Below are positions 21,662 to 32,389 of a stretch of 64,000 bases of DNA, piece after piece. Source of the DNA: Gemmatimonadota bacterium (GTDB lineage Bacteria; Gemmatimonadota; Gemmatimonadetes; Longimicrobiales; Gaopeijiaceae); NCBI GenBank assembly GCA_034521595.1, contig JAXHMG010000003.1:2272001-2336000 (forward strand). Reading direction: 5' to 3'. Numbering within the stretch: the first letter of the stretch is position 1; each line of letters begins with the position of its first letter. A model generated the notes under the pieces. That model saw only the letters and a list, made by a program, of their open reading frames with translations. It did no database searches and had not been told where the DNA came from. The translations under genes and the position numbers were made by a program.

Positions 21662-21741
21662 ATTTGAGCGCTCCAGCATCGTAATCGATATTGTGAAACT
21701 TCGGACGAGAGTACACCTGGCCGGGCACCAGGGTTGCGGAG

Positions 21742-24700
21742 CTATTCGTTGTAACCCCACTCCCGAAAGAGAAGCACGCCGTAGATCTGCTCGCCTCCGA
21801 GCTCACCGATCCCGAATAGCCCCGTGCCGCTCCGCAGGAACTGGTCTTCGACGAACGCTTCCAGATTGTAGGCATCGGTCAGCGACCATTCGACCCGGAC
21901 CCCTCCCCAAGGATTGATATCCTGGTCCGCGAAGGGTCGCACCACGGCGACGATGAACACGTCGTCGCCGAGGTAGGACCCGGCTTCGAGCTGCGCGCTG
22001 GTCAGGCCGAGCCCCTCCACGCCTCGGGACACCGAGAGGTAGTCGAGCCCCAGATTCTGTGCGATCGCGGCCCCCGACTGGCTGAAAAAGGCCCCGGTCA
22101 ACACCGTGAAGCCGCTGGACACGGCCGTTGCCGCCGTCGACAGCGCACCGCTGTTGAGTTGGCTGTTGAAGAACGACTGCTGACTCCGTCCCAGCTCGGC
22201 CGCCGACCGGTTGAACACCAGGTACGAGATGAGATCGGATTGGGAGAGCTCGCCCTCTTCGGAGGCAAGGGTCACCCTGGGCTGGACCAGCGTGCCTTCG
22301 ACCGTGCCCCTGATGACGATGTCCTCCCCCTCGATGCGTCGGACTCGGCTGGTCGCGTTGATGTTCAACGTGGGATTAACCCCCGGGCGCCCGATGAACG
22401 ACACGGAACCCTCGTCGACATCGAAGGTCCGACCGAGCACCAGATAGGTCCCGCGCAGCGCCTGCAGCTCCCCGATCAGCACGAGATCGCCGGCGTTCCG
22501 ATCGTAGCGCACGAGCAGGTCACCGCCCATCTCGACGTTCATGTCGTTCGACCGGAGCCAGGTATCCCGAGGGACGGAGAGCTCCACGTCCACCCGCAAG
22601 TTGTCGAGGAACGGGTTGCGCACGTCGGACAGGATCGGCTGAGACATGAAGACCGTCGTGTCCACGGCGAGCCCCTGCCCGAACAGGCGTGGGTCCGTGA
22701 GGTCCACGACACCCGCGGCCCGGGAAAACTCGTCGACCTGAAGCGTGCCCTCGTCGACGGTGACCGCGCCCTCGGCGAGGGGACGCTGATAGGTGCCCGA
22801 AAGGGTGAATTGGCCACTGATGATCCCCTCGATGTCCCGTCGGTTCATCGCTCGGAAGCGGTCGAAGCTCACCTCCAGGTCCAGAGAGGGGTCCGAGAGC
22901 GGCGTGAGCCCGACGGTCCCGGAAACGGTGGAGACCCCCGTTCCACGGGTCTCGAGGTCGACGGACATCGTCCGGTCGCCCGTCAGCTCGAGGCTTCCGG
23001 AGACGTTCCTGTGCCGCACTCCCAATCCCTCGATGCTCCACGCGGCTCCTTCGAGCTCCACGGAACCGCTCGGCACAGGGTCGGCGGCGGTCCCTTCGAT
23101 CTGCACTTCCCCCGAGAGCGTGCCCTCGACGTCCTCGAGAGTCCCGAAATACGCCAACGCCACCCCCGCGCTCAACGAATCCGCGGAAATGGATACGTCC
23201 ATGGGCTCATCCAACCTGCGCGCCTCGACATCGGCGAGGGCGAGATCCATCGGGATCGTACCCGACGCCACGAGCGCGCGGCGGTCTCCTTCGCGGGCCT
23301 CCAGGCTGACGTCCATCGACCGACCACGGTAGGTCATGGTGCCGGAGAGGCGGGACATCTCGATGTTTCGGAAGCGCGGCTCGACGATGGCCAGGTCGGC
23401 GTCGATCAGCGGCGCCTCCGCCGGCCCGCGCAGGTGTAGAGCAAGATCCATGTGACCGGCGATATCGATCGCATCGCTCTGCGCCACGGTGCCGATCTCC
23501 TCGACGTGGAATCCTCCGATGTCCACGGTGAAGTCCGAATCGCCCCCTCGGGTCAACGTCCCGTGTGCGACGAAGTGCATGGGATCGTCGCCCGTGCGTC
23601 GTACATCCAACGTGTCGACGGTGAGCGACGTGCCATCCCACGTGACCGCGGCCGGACGTGAGAGAGTCCAGCTCCGTTCATCGATCGTGGCGGCGGCCTC
23701 GTCGAAGCGAACCGCTCCGCCGACCGAATCGAGCACGAAATCGCCGGCGACCTCGTACCATTCGGACGCACGTCGGGTGAGGAGCGCCCGTCCCTCCCCG
23801 GAGCGGTCGGTCATGGCCCCCTCGAACGACGCACGCTCGAAAGAGCGCCCACTCCACTCGACACCCGTGGCGTCCAACTGCACGTCCCAGCTCCCTTCCA
23901 GGGACGGGAGCCCCCCCACGGTCAGCGCCAACCGCATCGAGTCGACCTGATGCGAGCCGTAGGCGCCGCCGACCAGGCTCGCACGCAGGTCGACCCCGAG
24001 CTCCGCGAGGCGTCCAAAGAGCGTGGCTGTGCCGTCCACCGCTCCCTCCAAGCGCACGTCCTCCGCCGAGGGCAGGGTGTCCGGATCCACGCCTTCCACC
24101 CGCAGGAGCTCACGCTCGAGAGACGTGAGCTCGTCACGTACGATCAGCGAATCCCCCATCAGGGAGGGGCGGAGCCCGACCAGCGATTCGGTGGAGAACC
24201 TGATTTCGGCCTCGCCGTGCTCATCCGGACGCATTCCGAGCCGTCCCCCGCCCCGGAAGCGCACTCCGCCGATCGATCCGACCAATGAATCGGCGTGCAA
24301 CATGCCGGCTTCGGCTCGAAACGCGGTGGACACGCTATCAATCGCCAGACCACCGACTCGGGACGAGAACATGTCCAACATTGCCCGCCCCGCGACCGAA
24401 TCCAACGAGAACCCACTCCCTTCGACGGACAACGTTCCGGTCCAAGCGGCAGGATCGGGCATCCGGCCGCTGATCTCGGTGAGATGGAAGTCGTCCGCTT
24501 CCAGCTCGAGGCGATATCCTGACGCCGCTTCGAACAGGTTCACCCTCCCATTCAGGCGGACGCTCCCACGCGCGCCGTCCATCTCCCCGGCCACTTCGAG
24601 CGCGTCGAACGGACCGCGTGCCGTGAGCGGACCCCGCAGCTCCCCCTGCAGCTCGAGCTCCGGAGCGATGTCGCTCAACGCCGCGAGAGAAAGGGGGGCG

Positions 24701-26280
24701 AGATCCCCGCTCAGATCCACGGTCCACACGCTATCGGGGCGGCTGACCGTGCCCCGGGCATGAACGCGGGAAACGGGCGCCGAGCTCGACTCGTGCATCA
24801 TGCTCGCGACGACCCCGACCTCCCGTGCGAGGCGCCCGTCGAGCTGCACCTCGGCCGTTCCGGTCCCCCCGAACGGGAGATCGGGGGCGACGATCCGGAC
24901 GAGCTCGTAGTTGAGGGGGTCGGCGCGGGCCTCGAAGCCGGTCCAGCCGACATCGGCTCCCAGATGCACGCCGCCACTGAAGTCGACCGTCGTGGGTTGT
25001 CCTCCGTACCCCGCCGGCACGAGCGTCAACCGTCCGGTGGCGCGAAGATCATCGAGCGGACCGGAGAGCGTGGTCCGGCCGCTGAGCCAGCCTTCGAGCG
25101 GGATCGTTCGCTCCAACCACGGCTCCAATCGGGAGAGCGCGACCGGGCTGGCGGTCACGGCGAGGTCACGCGTGGACGGCGACGCTCCGAACGACACGCC
25201 CCCGTCGATCGTCAGGTTGCTCGCCGCCAGTCGCACGTCGACATCGCCGAGGGTGAGGTCCAGATGCTCACCGGTGGCCACGGCTACCGACCCGCGGAAG
25301 AGACCGTCGGGGATGCGTGGATCCGCCCACCTCAGGTCGGCCAGGTCGCCCCACTCGTCGACGCTCAGGTCGGCCTGGAAGGCCCATCCCTCACCCTGAT
25401 CCGAAGGTCCGAGCTCGACCGCCCCCCGCCCGAGCGTTTCGGGAAGCCGGAATGCCCCTTCCTGCACCGTCAGACCTTCCTCGAGGTCGAAGGCCAGCCG
25501 TCCGAACGCTTCGCGGACCCTCAGCGGCTCCTCCGAGTCGGGCAGTGACAGCCGCATGGAGAGGGACGCCAGATCCGATGCGAACGAAGCCTCCTCGCCC
25601 AGCCGGAGAACGGCATCTTCGAGGTCGAGATCCAGGCCGTCCAGACCCAGTCGCCGCAGTGGCCCCCGGGGACCGGGCACGACCCCGGCCCGCTCACCCG
25701 TCTCGGCGGGAGAGAGCACGGATACCCGCCCGTCCCGCACTCCGACCTGCCCGACGAACAGCTCGATCGGGTTGGCGGCGGAATCCGGACTCGCCTCGTC
25801 GGGCGTCAACAGCCTGGACAGGTTCAGCTCATCGTCTTCCGCCAACGTGGAGATCTCGAAGTCGAGCCCCCAGAGGATCACGGATCGCAGGCGCGGCGCC
25901 CCCGTGAGGAGTCCGGTCGGAAGGTACCGGACCACGACGGAGTCGGCCGAGATCGCGGGACGGCCCCGTGCGTCGGTCAACACGAGCTCGTCGAGGGTCG
26001 CTCCGGCGAGCAGCGTGTTGCTCCGGATCCCGCCGACGCGCAGTTCCCCCGCGAGCGATCCCCGCACGCGCTCCAGAGCGAAGTCGAGCGCGACACGATG
26101 CCCGCGTGCCGTCTGTAGCACCACCGCCACCGCGACCATGACGACCAGGAGCCCGAGCATGAACACCCGAGACCCCCAGCGGGAGATCGCCCGACGGCGT
26201 CGGAGGTGCCTCCGACGCCGTTCCCTCCCCGAATCGGTTCCGGTCGGGCGGCTGACCGACTGCTCGGTCTCTTCGTTCAT
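21742..26280 (-). CDS. tamB: Translocation and assembly module TamB-like protein
   Basis: About 1512 aa; N-terminal TM anchor, long beta-rich repeats, DUF490-like C-terminus; ATGA overlap with the Omp85 gene. Confidence 0.8.
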   Translation of the reverse strand: MNEETEQSVSRPTGTDSGRERRRRHLRRRRAISRWGSRVFMLGLLVVMVAVAVVLQTARGHRVALDFALERVRGSLAGELRVGGIRSNTLLAGATLDELVLTDARGRPAISADSVVVRYLPTGLLTGAPRLRSVILWGLDFEISTLAEDDELNLSRLLTPDEASPDSAANPIELFVGQVGVRDGRVSVLSPAETGERAGVVPGPRGPLRRLGLDGLDLDLEDAVLRLGEEASFASDLASLSMRLSLPDSEEPLRVREAFGRLAFDLEEGLTVQEGAFRLPETLGRGAVELGPSDQGEGWAFQADLSVDEWGDLADLRWADPRIPDGLFRGSVAVATGEHLDLTLGDVDVRLAASNLTIDGGVSFGASPSTRDLAVTASPVALSRLEPWLERTIPLEGWLSGRTTLSGPLDDLRATGRLTLVPAGYGGQPTTVDFSGGVHLGADVGWTGFEARADPLNYELVRIVAPDLPFGGTGTAEVQLDGRLAREVGVVASMMHESSSAPVSRVHARGTVSRPDSVWTVDLSGDLAPLSLAALSDIAPELELQGELRGPLTARGPFDALEVAGEMDGARGSVRLNGRVNLFEAASGYRLELEADDFHLTEISGRMPDPAAWTGTLSVEGSGFSLDSVAGRAMLDMFSSRVGGLAIDSVSTAFRAEAGMLHADSLVGSIGGVRFRGGGRLGMRPDEHGEAEIRFSTESLVGLRPSLMGDSLIVRDELTSLERELLRVEGVDPDTLPSAEDVRLEGAVDGTATLFGRLAELGVDLRASLVGGAYGSHQVDSMRLALTVGGLPSLEGSWDVQLDATGVEWSGRSFERASFEGAMTDRSGEGRALLTRRASEWYEVAGDFVLDSVGGAVRFDEAAATIDERSWTLSRPAAVTWDGTSLTVDTLDVRRTGDDPMHFVAHGTLTRGGDSDFTVDIGGFHVEEIGTVAQSDAIDIAGHMDLALHLRGPAEAPLIDADLAIVEPRFRNIEMSRLSGTMTYRGRSMDVSLEAREGDRRALVASGTIPMDLALADVEARRLDEPMDVSISADSLSAGVALAYFGTLEDVEGTLSGEVQIEGTAADPVPSGSVELEGAAWSIEGLGVRHRNVSGSLELTGDRTMSVDLETRGTGVSTVSGTVGLTPLSDPSLDLEVSFDRFRAMNRRDIEGIISGQFTLSGTYQRPLAEGAVTVDEGTLQVDEFSRAAGVVDLTDPRLFGQGLAVDTTVFMSQPILSDVRNPFLDNLRVDVELSVPRDTWLRSNDMNVEMGGDLLVRYDRNAGDLVLIGELQALRGTYLVLGRTFDVDEGSVSFIGRPGVNPTLNINATSRVRRIEGEDIVIRGTVEGTLVQPRVTLASEEGELSQSDLISYLVFNRSAAELGRSQQSFFNSQLNSGALSTAATAVSSGFTVLTGAFFSQSGAAIAQNLGLDYLSVSRGVEGLGLTSAQLEAGSYLGDDVFIVAVVRPFADQDINPWGGVRVEWSLTDAYNLEAFVEDQFLRSGTGLFGIGELGGEQIYGVLLFREWGYNE

Positions 26281-28589
26281 CAGAACGCCTGCCCGATCGA
26301 GAAGTGAAGTTGGAAGCGGCTCCTGGAATCTCCGAAGCTTACGAGCGGGGAGAGAATGCCGAGCTCCCCGGACCGCACGTAGTACGTCCCCTCGTACTCG
26401 ATACATCCCGGCGGGGGCGAGCCCCCACTCGGGCACGCTTCAGGCTCGGCTTCCTCGATCCGGGAGGTGATGACGGGAAGCTCCACCGCTCGTCGAAAGC
26501 GATACCCCAGATCCACCCGTATCGGGCCAACCGGGCTCAAAAACCGAACCCCCACACCGGGCGTGAACTCGAGGTCTCGGAGCGAGACGTCGCCGCTCGC
26601 CGCCCACACCTGGCCGAAGTCCCCGAACGCCACGCCTTCGAAGCTACCCCCGAGACCAAAGCGCAGCTCGAGGTTGCCTTCGAGCACGCGGGAGCCCCCG
26701 GTCGGCCGAGGCACGAAGCTACCGTCGTCGAGAGCGCTCCCATCACACGAAAGGTCCATGAGCGCTTCCGGTGTGCATCCTGCCCCCCCTGCGTCCACCG
26801 GGTCCACCAACTGTTGTGGATCGTCGATGGTCAGCACGCGTGGGCCGAGACGTCCCTGGGCGAAGCCTCGCACCGAGCTCGCGCCGCCGGAATAGAAGCG
26901 CTTCTGCGGGTGTACGATCTCGGCCTCGTCGTCGGCGCGGATGAGCCGGTTGAAGCCTCCCGACCCCACCCACCCCGCCCTCAGCCTCGCGGCGAGGACG
27001 ACGTCATCGAGCGGCGTATAGCTCGACCCTTCGACCGCCACTCGATCATAGCGGAAGTTCGACGCCGTCCAGGCGGCCGCATGCTCCAAGTCGATGTTGA
27101 GACGGTATCCGCGACGCGGATTCAACAGGTCATCCGAGCGATCGCGTGTGAAGGTCAATCCCACGGGCGCGAGCGTGTTCGTCCCACCGAGAATCGCGAT
27201 GTCCTCGGGGGTGCACACGAGAAAGCCCGTGCAGAACAGCACCTCGGCCGCTTCGAGCTGGGATCGTTCCGGCCGGTACGACAGGGTCAGCGGCGTGCGG
27301 GGTCCGATGGCCCGGGTGAGCGCGAGCTCGATGCCGACCGCGCGTCGAATGAACGTGTTGGGGATGCCCTGACGCTCGGCGAAGACCGAGGCACTGAACG
27401 AGTTGCGCGTCGAGAAGATCCAGGGTTGCGAGAAATCGACGCTGGCGAGCCACGTCAGGCGCTCGTACGGCCCCGAACGGTCGGTCACGCCACACAGGAG
27501 ATCTCCGAACTGCCTCGTCAAGATGTTCGAGACGCGCCCGCGGATCCTCAGAGTGCGACCTCCGCCGAAGAAGTTCCGGCTGGTCCAGCTCGACTCCGCG
27601 TTCATGCACTCGGAGCTGGTCCAGCCGGATCCTGCCCGGACGCGGTACGCATCCCCTTCCTGCACGCTGACATCGATCGGAACCAGGGAATCCGCAGCGG
27701 CTTGAAGATCGGCCGACACCTCGGCGCTCCGGACGATCCCCATGTCGAACAGACGCCCCTGCGCATCGAGAAGCTGGCCTGCCCTGTAGAGATCGCCCGC
27801 GCGGAACTGGAGGGTGCGCAGGACCGTCGACTCATCCAGATTCTCGTTGCCCGACACGGAGATCGATCCGTAGTGGGCCCGAGCTCCCGCATCGAGGTCG
27901 AAGGTCACTTCCGCCCCGTACGGACGGTCGGCCGGAATCAGCGACTGCCGGAACACGTCCGCATGAGCATACCCCTGGTTCCGCAGGCGCTCTCGCAGGG
28001 TATCCCGGGTCGCGTCGAGCCGGAGCATGTTCAACGGATCGCCCTCCCTCAAGGGGAGATCGGTCAGCAAATCCGGGATGAGCAAACTCCCGTCCCCGGC
28101 GACCTCGCCCGTGAAGGCCATCTCTTCCACGAGCACCGGCCGGCCCTCATCCACGGTGAAGGCGACCTCGGCTTTCCCGTCGTCGCGGAACGATGTCACC
28201 GTATCGACCACGACCTCGCGGAAACCCCGTTGACGGTACCAGATCTCCAGACGCACGCGGTCTCGGGGAATCTCTCGAGCCCGCAAGTAATGGCGCTCGA
28301 TCGCGAACTCGACACCCGTCACGCACAGGGGAAGCAGGAAGCCGGACTTGCACCCCGTCTCACGCGTGACGATCGCCCGAGCGAGCGAATCTCCGGGGAA
28401 CGTTTCATTGCCCAGGAATCGAACCGTCTCGATCTCCGGAGGACCCAGCTGTGCGAGCGCCGGTTTCGCCCGAGCTCCAAGCGTGACGAGAAGTCCGGAC
28501 AACGCGAGGATCGCCGTCACCGCCGTCCTTGTGATCCGTCCTTCAGCCCCCACCCCTCGAACCCTCCACGGAATCATCCGACCCCTCAC
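26280..28589 (-). CDS. tamA: BamA/TamA (Omp85) family outer-membrane protein
   Basis: POTRA-like repeats, RFYSGGASSVRGF, SPVGPIRVDLG, C-terminal HFSIGQAF; start uncertain. Confidence 0.88.
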   Translation of the reverse strand: MRGRMIPWRVRGVGAEGRITRTAVTAILALSGLLVTLGARAKPALAQLGPPEIETVRFLGNETFPGDSLARAIVTRETGCKSGFLLPLCVTGVEFAIERHYLRAREIPRDRVRLEIWYRQRGFREVVVDTVTSFRDDGKAEVAFTVDEGRPVLVEEMAFTGEVAGDGSLLIPDLLTDLPLREGDPLNMLRLDATRDTLRERLRNQGYAHADVFRQSLIPADRPYGAEVTFDLDAGARAHYGSISVSGNENLDESTVLRTLQFRAGDLYRAGQLLDAQGRLFDMGIVRSAEVSADLQAAADSLVPIDVSVQEGDAYRVRAGSGWTSSECMNAESSWTSRNFFGGGRTLRIRGRVSNILTRQFGDLLCGVTDRSGPYERLTWLASVDFSQPWIFSTRNSFSASVFAERQGIPNTFIRRAVGIELALTRAIGPRTPLTLSYRPERSQLEAAEVLFCTGFLVCTPEDIAILGGTNTLAPVGLTFTRDRSDDLLNPRRGYRLNIDLEHAAAWTASNFRYDRVAVEGSSYTPLDDVVLAARLRAGWVGSGGFNRLIRADDEAEIVHPQKRFYSGGASSVRGFAQGRLGPRVLTIDDPQQLVDPVDAGGAGCTPEALMDLSCDGSALDDGSFVPRPTGGSRVLEGNLELRFGLGGSFEGVAFGDFGQVWAASGDVSLRDLEFTPGVGVRFLSPVGPIRVDLGYRFRRAVELPVITSRIEEAEPEACPSGGSPPPGCIEYEGTYYVRSGELGILSPLVSFGDSRSRFQLHFSIGQAF

Positions 28590-29409
28590 CCATGACCCCG
28601 GCCCTCCGACCCCGCGTGACCACGGTGGGATTCGCCGGCTCGAAACGCTCCCGTTCCGGCACGAAACGATGCGGTGTGACGCGGATGTCCTCCGGGCTGA
28701 TTCGAATCAGGTTGAACGTGTTCAGACCCGCTTCACTCCCCCTCCCCCTGTGGGAGGTCGTCGTCCCGCACGACACCAGCGGAAACGATACACCGGTCCT
28801 CACGTCGTCCCCACCGAGAATTCGTGTATGGTGCACGTGTCCACCCAGAAGCAGATCAACCCCCATGCCGGCGAACGCGCTCAGGTGAGCCTTCGCCCCC
28901 GGCAACGGCCGCCCTCCCGAACCGTCGTCCGTCTCCACGAAGTGGTGGTGCACGACGAGGATTCGAAGTTGCTCCGGGCGCGCCTCGGCGAACGCGGTGC
29001 GCGCGAACGCGATCTGAGACGCGTCGAGCCGTCCGGCAACGATGGCACGGCGCGGCGCTGACGAATTCAGCGCGACCACCTTCGCGCCGGGTGCGTCCAA
29101 TACGGAGTCGAGCTCGGCGGCGATGTAGCGCTTCCAATTGCGGTAGGGAGCCACGAGACGTTCCCAGACCCGGTATAGAGGCACGTCGTGATTGCCCGGC
29201 GTCACGACGACGGGCCGATCACCCAACCGTGAGAGCAAAGCGCGTGCCACGCGGTATTCACTCGCCTTCGCGCGCTGAGTGAGATCCCCCGCGATCACCA
29301 CGATATCCGGTGCTTCCTCGTCGACCGTGCGCACGAGAGCGTCCGCCACGTGGGAACGATACGGCTTACCGATCTGGAGGTCGGACGCATGGAGCAGGGT
29401 CAGAGTCAC
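28543..29409 (-). CDS. Calcineurin-like metallophosphoesterase
   Basis: SDLQ, AGDLT, PGNHD, HHH, GHVH motifs. Confidence 0.85.
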   Translation of the reverse strand: MTLTLLHASDLQIGKPYRSHVADALVRTVDEEAPDIVVIAGDLTQRAKASEYRVARALLSRLGDRPVVVTPGNHDVPLYRVWERLVAPYRNWKRYIAAELDSVLDAPGAKVVALNSSAPRRAIVAGRLDASQIAFARTAFAEARPEQLRILVVHHHFVETDDGSGGRPLPGAKAHLSAFAGMGVDLLLGGHVHHTRILGGDDVRTGVSFPLVSCGTTTSHRGRGSEAGLNTFNLIRISPEDIRVTPHRFVPERERFEPANPTVVTRGRRAGVMGEGSDDSVEGSRGGG

Positions 29410-29419
29410 GAGTCCGGCT

Positions 29420-30271
29420 TCAACGCGTCGCGGGCTCGGGAGCGCCCCGGGAGAGGCGAGCCACGCCCACGGCGCCCACGATCATGATTCCGACCGAAAA
29501 CATCTGCGCCAGAGTGAGGGGCCCGAGGAACCGGTCGTCCTTGGCGCGGAAGAACTCGACCACGAAGCGCTCGATCCCGGCCAGAATCAGCCAGAGCATG
29601 AACAGCCATCCCGCGGCCCGTCTTCCTCCTCTGAGCCGCCAGAGCACGGCGAAGATGAGGGTGCTCATACCGACCTCGTAGAGCTGCGTCGGGTGCACGG
29701 GAACGACCTGACCGTACTGTTCGATGAGCTCCGGATCGACGGCGATCCCGAACTCCTGCTCGATGATATCGACCCGCGTGGGCGGGGCCCCGCGAGGGAA
29801 GGCGATGCCGACCGCGGAACCGGTGGGGCGGCCCCAGTCGTCGCCGACCATGAAGCACCCGATCCGACCGACCGCGTACGCCAACGCGAGCGCCGGCGCG
29901 GTGGCATCCGCCATCCGGGCGAGGGGAAGCTTCTGCCGCCGAATCTCCCAGATCACGAGCACCGTCGCGAGGAAGAACCCTCCGTACCAAACCAGTCCGC
30001 CCCGTGCGAAGATGAGACCCAGCGGGTCCGCCATCAGCTGCTCGTAGTTCAGGAGCACGTAGTACCCCTTGGCGCCGATGATACCGCCCACGACCGCCAT
30101 GAACACGAGGTCCCACGCCTTGTCGGGGTCCTCGCCCATGCGGCGCATTTCGGCACGTAGTATGTACCCGCCGGTCAGGAAGGCCAGGAGCATGAAGACG
30201 CCGAAGGACGTGACCGCCTCGCCGCCAAGGAACGGCAACCATTCGGGCAGCTCGAAAATGACCGGATACAT
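29420..30271 (-). CDS. lgt: Prolipoprotein diacylglyceryl transferase
   Basis: MYPVIF, GGLVWYGG, GRIGCF..GDDWG, HPTQLYE, RFVVEFFR. Confidence 0.9.
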   Translation of the reverse strand: MYPVIFELPEWLPFLGGEAVTSFGVFMLLAFLTGGYILRAEMRRMGEDPDKAWDLVFMAVVGGIIGAKGYYVLLNYEQLMADPLGLIFARGGLVWYGGFFLATVLVIWEIRRQKLPLARMADATAPALALAYAVGRIGCFMVGDDWGRPTGSAVGIAFPRGAPPTRVDIIEQEFGIAVDPELIEQYGQVVPVHPTQLYEVGMSTLIFAVLWRLRGGRRAAGWLFMLWLILAGIERFVVEFFRAKDDRFLGPLTLAQMFSVGIMIVGAVGVARLSRGAPEPATR

Positions 30272-30290
30272 GAGATGTGCGCAGCCCGCG

Positions 30291-31400
30291 CTAAATTCGT
30301 GGAGCGGTTGCCGGACGCGGCTCGTCCGCGTCCGGAGAGACGCCCCGGACCAAACCCGGGAAAGGTAGCGAAGCCGATGCGGTCCCGTGCATCGGTGCCG
30401 TCTCACCCCGATCGAAGCGGAAGCGGGCCGCTCGCGCCACCATCGCTCCGTTGTCGAGGGACAGGCGAGGTGAAGCGTGGAAAAGCCGCCCATCCGCCGC
30501 CAGCCCATCCGACATGCCTTCCCGAAGACCCGCGTTGACGCTCACCCCACCCCCCATCAGCACCCTCTGGCAACCCGTTCGGTGGGCGGCCCGCAGCGTC
30601 TTCCGCACGAGAACGTCCACCACCGCTTCCTGGAATGCGGCGGCCACGTCGGCGCGGTGCGCCTCGAGCTCTCCCCGCGCGGCCAGGTCTCCAACGAGCT
30701 CGGCGACCGAAGTCTTGAGACCGCTGAACGAGAAATCGTAATACGCCGCCGAGCTCGGACTCTCGTTCCGCCTCAGCATCGGTCGCGGGAGCTCGTGCCG
30801 CGACGGATCGCCGCGCTCCGCGAGACGTTGAATCTGAGGCCCACCGGGATAGGGCAACCCGAGCAGCTTGGCAACCTTGTCGAACGCCTCCCCGGCCGCG
30901 TCGTCCCGGGTCTCACCGAGGAGTCGATACTCGCCCCACCGAGGCACGTGGAGCAGCATCGTATGCCCTCCCGACACCAGGAGCGCCACGAACGGAGGCT
31001 CGGCCGCGGGGTCCTCCAGGGAGGGAGCGAAGAGGTGGGCTTCCATGTGATGGACGGCGACCCAGGGCCGATCTCTCCCGTATGCCGCGGCCTTCGTCCA
31101 ACACACACCCACGAGCAACGCTCCGATGAGACCGGGGCCCGCGGTGACCCCGAAGACATCGACGTCCGCCAATCCAACGCCGGCCTGCTCGAGCGCGGCT
31201 CCGACGACGGCATCCACTTTCTGAAGGTGTGCCCGAGCCGCCAACTCGGGAACGACGCCACCGTATACCTCGTGCACGTCCTGAGACAGGATCACGTGCC
31301 CGAGGATGCGGTGGTTCCCGTCCAAGACCGCCGCCGAAGTCTCGTCGCAAGATGTCTCGAGACCCAGCACGATCGGTCGCCCACGACGCCCGCTCACCAT
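30291..31400 (-). CDS. tsaD: tRNA t6A37 threonylcarbamoyltransferase
   Basis: LGLETSCDET, YGGVVPELAARAH, HHMEAH, VSGGHT, DDAAGEAFDK, FSFSGLKT, DNGAM. Confidence 0.96.
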   Translation of the reverse strand: MVSGRRGRPIVLGLETSCDETSAAVLDGNHRILGHVILSQDVHEVYGGVVPELAARAHLQKVDAVVGAALEQAGVGLADVDVFGVTAGPGLIGALLVGVCWTKAAAYGRDRPWVAVHHMEAHLFAPSLEDPAAEPPFVALLVSGGHTMLLHVPRWGEYRLLGETRDDAAGEAFDKVAKLLGLPYPGGPQIQRLAERGDPSRHELPRPMLRRNESPSSAAYYDFSFSGLKTSVAELVGDLAARGELEAHRADVAAAFQEAVVDVLVRKTLRAAHRTGCQRVLMGGGVSVNAGLREGMSDGLAADGRLFHASPRLSLDNGAMVARAARFRFDRGETAPMHGTASASLPFPGLVRGVSPDADEPRPATAPRI

Positions 31401-32374
31401 GACCCGGTACCGGGTGGGGAGAGCCCGACATCCGTCGCCCGACGGACTTCGACTCCGTCGACGAGTGCGTCCGCGCGCACGCGCTCGGGCACACCCGTAA
31501 TCTCCACCGGAACCCGACGAACCTCTCCGGGCGCCATTCGTCGCAGGGCTTCGGGATCGACCGACGCTTCAATTTGGCCGATGTCCAGCCCCGTCACGAG
31601 GGAGCGCGCCCCGGCGATGCGCACCCGGATCGTACGTGGCTCCGCGACCAGCGGGGAATCACCGTCACCGGCCTCCACCCGGACCACGATCCCCGGCAAC
31701 ATACGCTCGACCACCCGCTCGACCCGCACCCCGAGCGAAACGGTCGACGGAACGGCGGTTCCCCCCGCGAGGCCGGTGGTGTCGACGGCCACGGTGAAAA
31801 CGCCAGACTGTGATACCGTACCGAGGTCGAACGTCTCGAGCCCGACCGAGTCCAAACCCGCCATCCGACTCTCGGGCCCCCGGACCCGTACGAACTGCGG
31901 GTTGGGAGAGATGTCCCCCACGAGAGCGAGGTCGTCGGGGAGTCGCCCCCGAATCCTGGGTGCCACCGGAACCAATCGGGTCACCGCCGGCTCGAACGAA
32001 AGCGAGACGGTACTCGGAGTCACGGATTCCACCGTCACCCCCGGACGTTGCGCCGCCGCGACCCAATTCCGCTGGACGGCGACCACCGTGTCCCGGGAGC
32101 CGACACTCGCCACCGGGATCCGCACGGTCGTCCCCTCTCGGGCCAAGCGTATGATCTCCCGCGCGACGCCCCCCAATCGGATCTCCACCACCGGCGGATC
32201 CACTGGGCCGGCGAGCACCCAACTCGTATCCGAAAGCTCAACCTGCACCGGCACCGTGGAGAATGTCTCCCGGTTGCTCGGCTCAGCCTGCACCACGGCC
32301 CACAGGAAAAGGGCCAACCCGAGCGCGGAGAGTTTGAGACGCCAGTTGTGGAAGACGCGGGACGCAGAGGGCAT
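31394..32374 (-). CDS. YbbR/CdaR-like domain protein
   Basis: NWRLKLSALGLALFLW anchor, followed by repeated P..V.V.G YbbR-type beta modules. Confidence 0.75.
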   Translation of the reverse strand: MPSASRVFHNWRLKLSALGLALFLWAVVQAEPSNRETFSTVPVQVELSDTSWVLAGPVDPPVVEIRLGGVAREIIRLAREGTTVRIPVASVGSRDTVVAVQRNWVAAAQRPGVTVESVTPSTVSLSFEPAVTRLVPVAPRIRGRLPDDLALVGDISPNPQFVRVRGPESRMAGLDSVGLETFDLGTVSQSGVFTVAVDTTGLAGGTAVPSTVSLGVRVERVVERMLPGIVVRVEAGDGDSPLVAEPRTIRVRIAGARSLVTGLDIGQIEASVDPEALRRMAPGEVRRVPVEITGVPERVRADALVDGVEVRRATDVGLSPPGTGSW

Positions 32375-32389
32375 GAACGCGGGGGCCTC

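Noticed and set aside
29420-30271. Lgt has WYGG where E. coli has FHGG (possible inactive enzyme)
   Set aside because: Tyr at this position is a common natural variant and the other Lgt motifs are intact.
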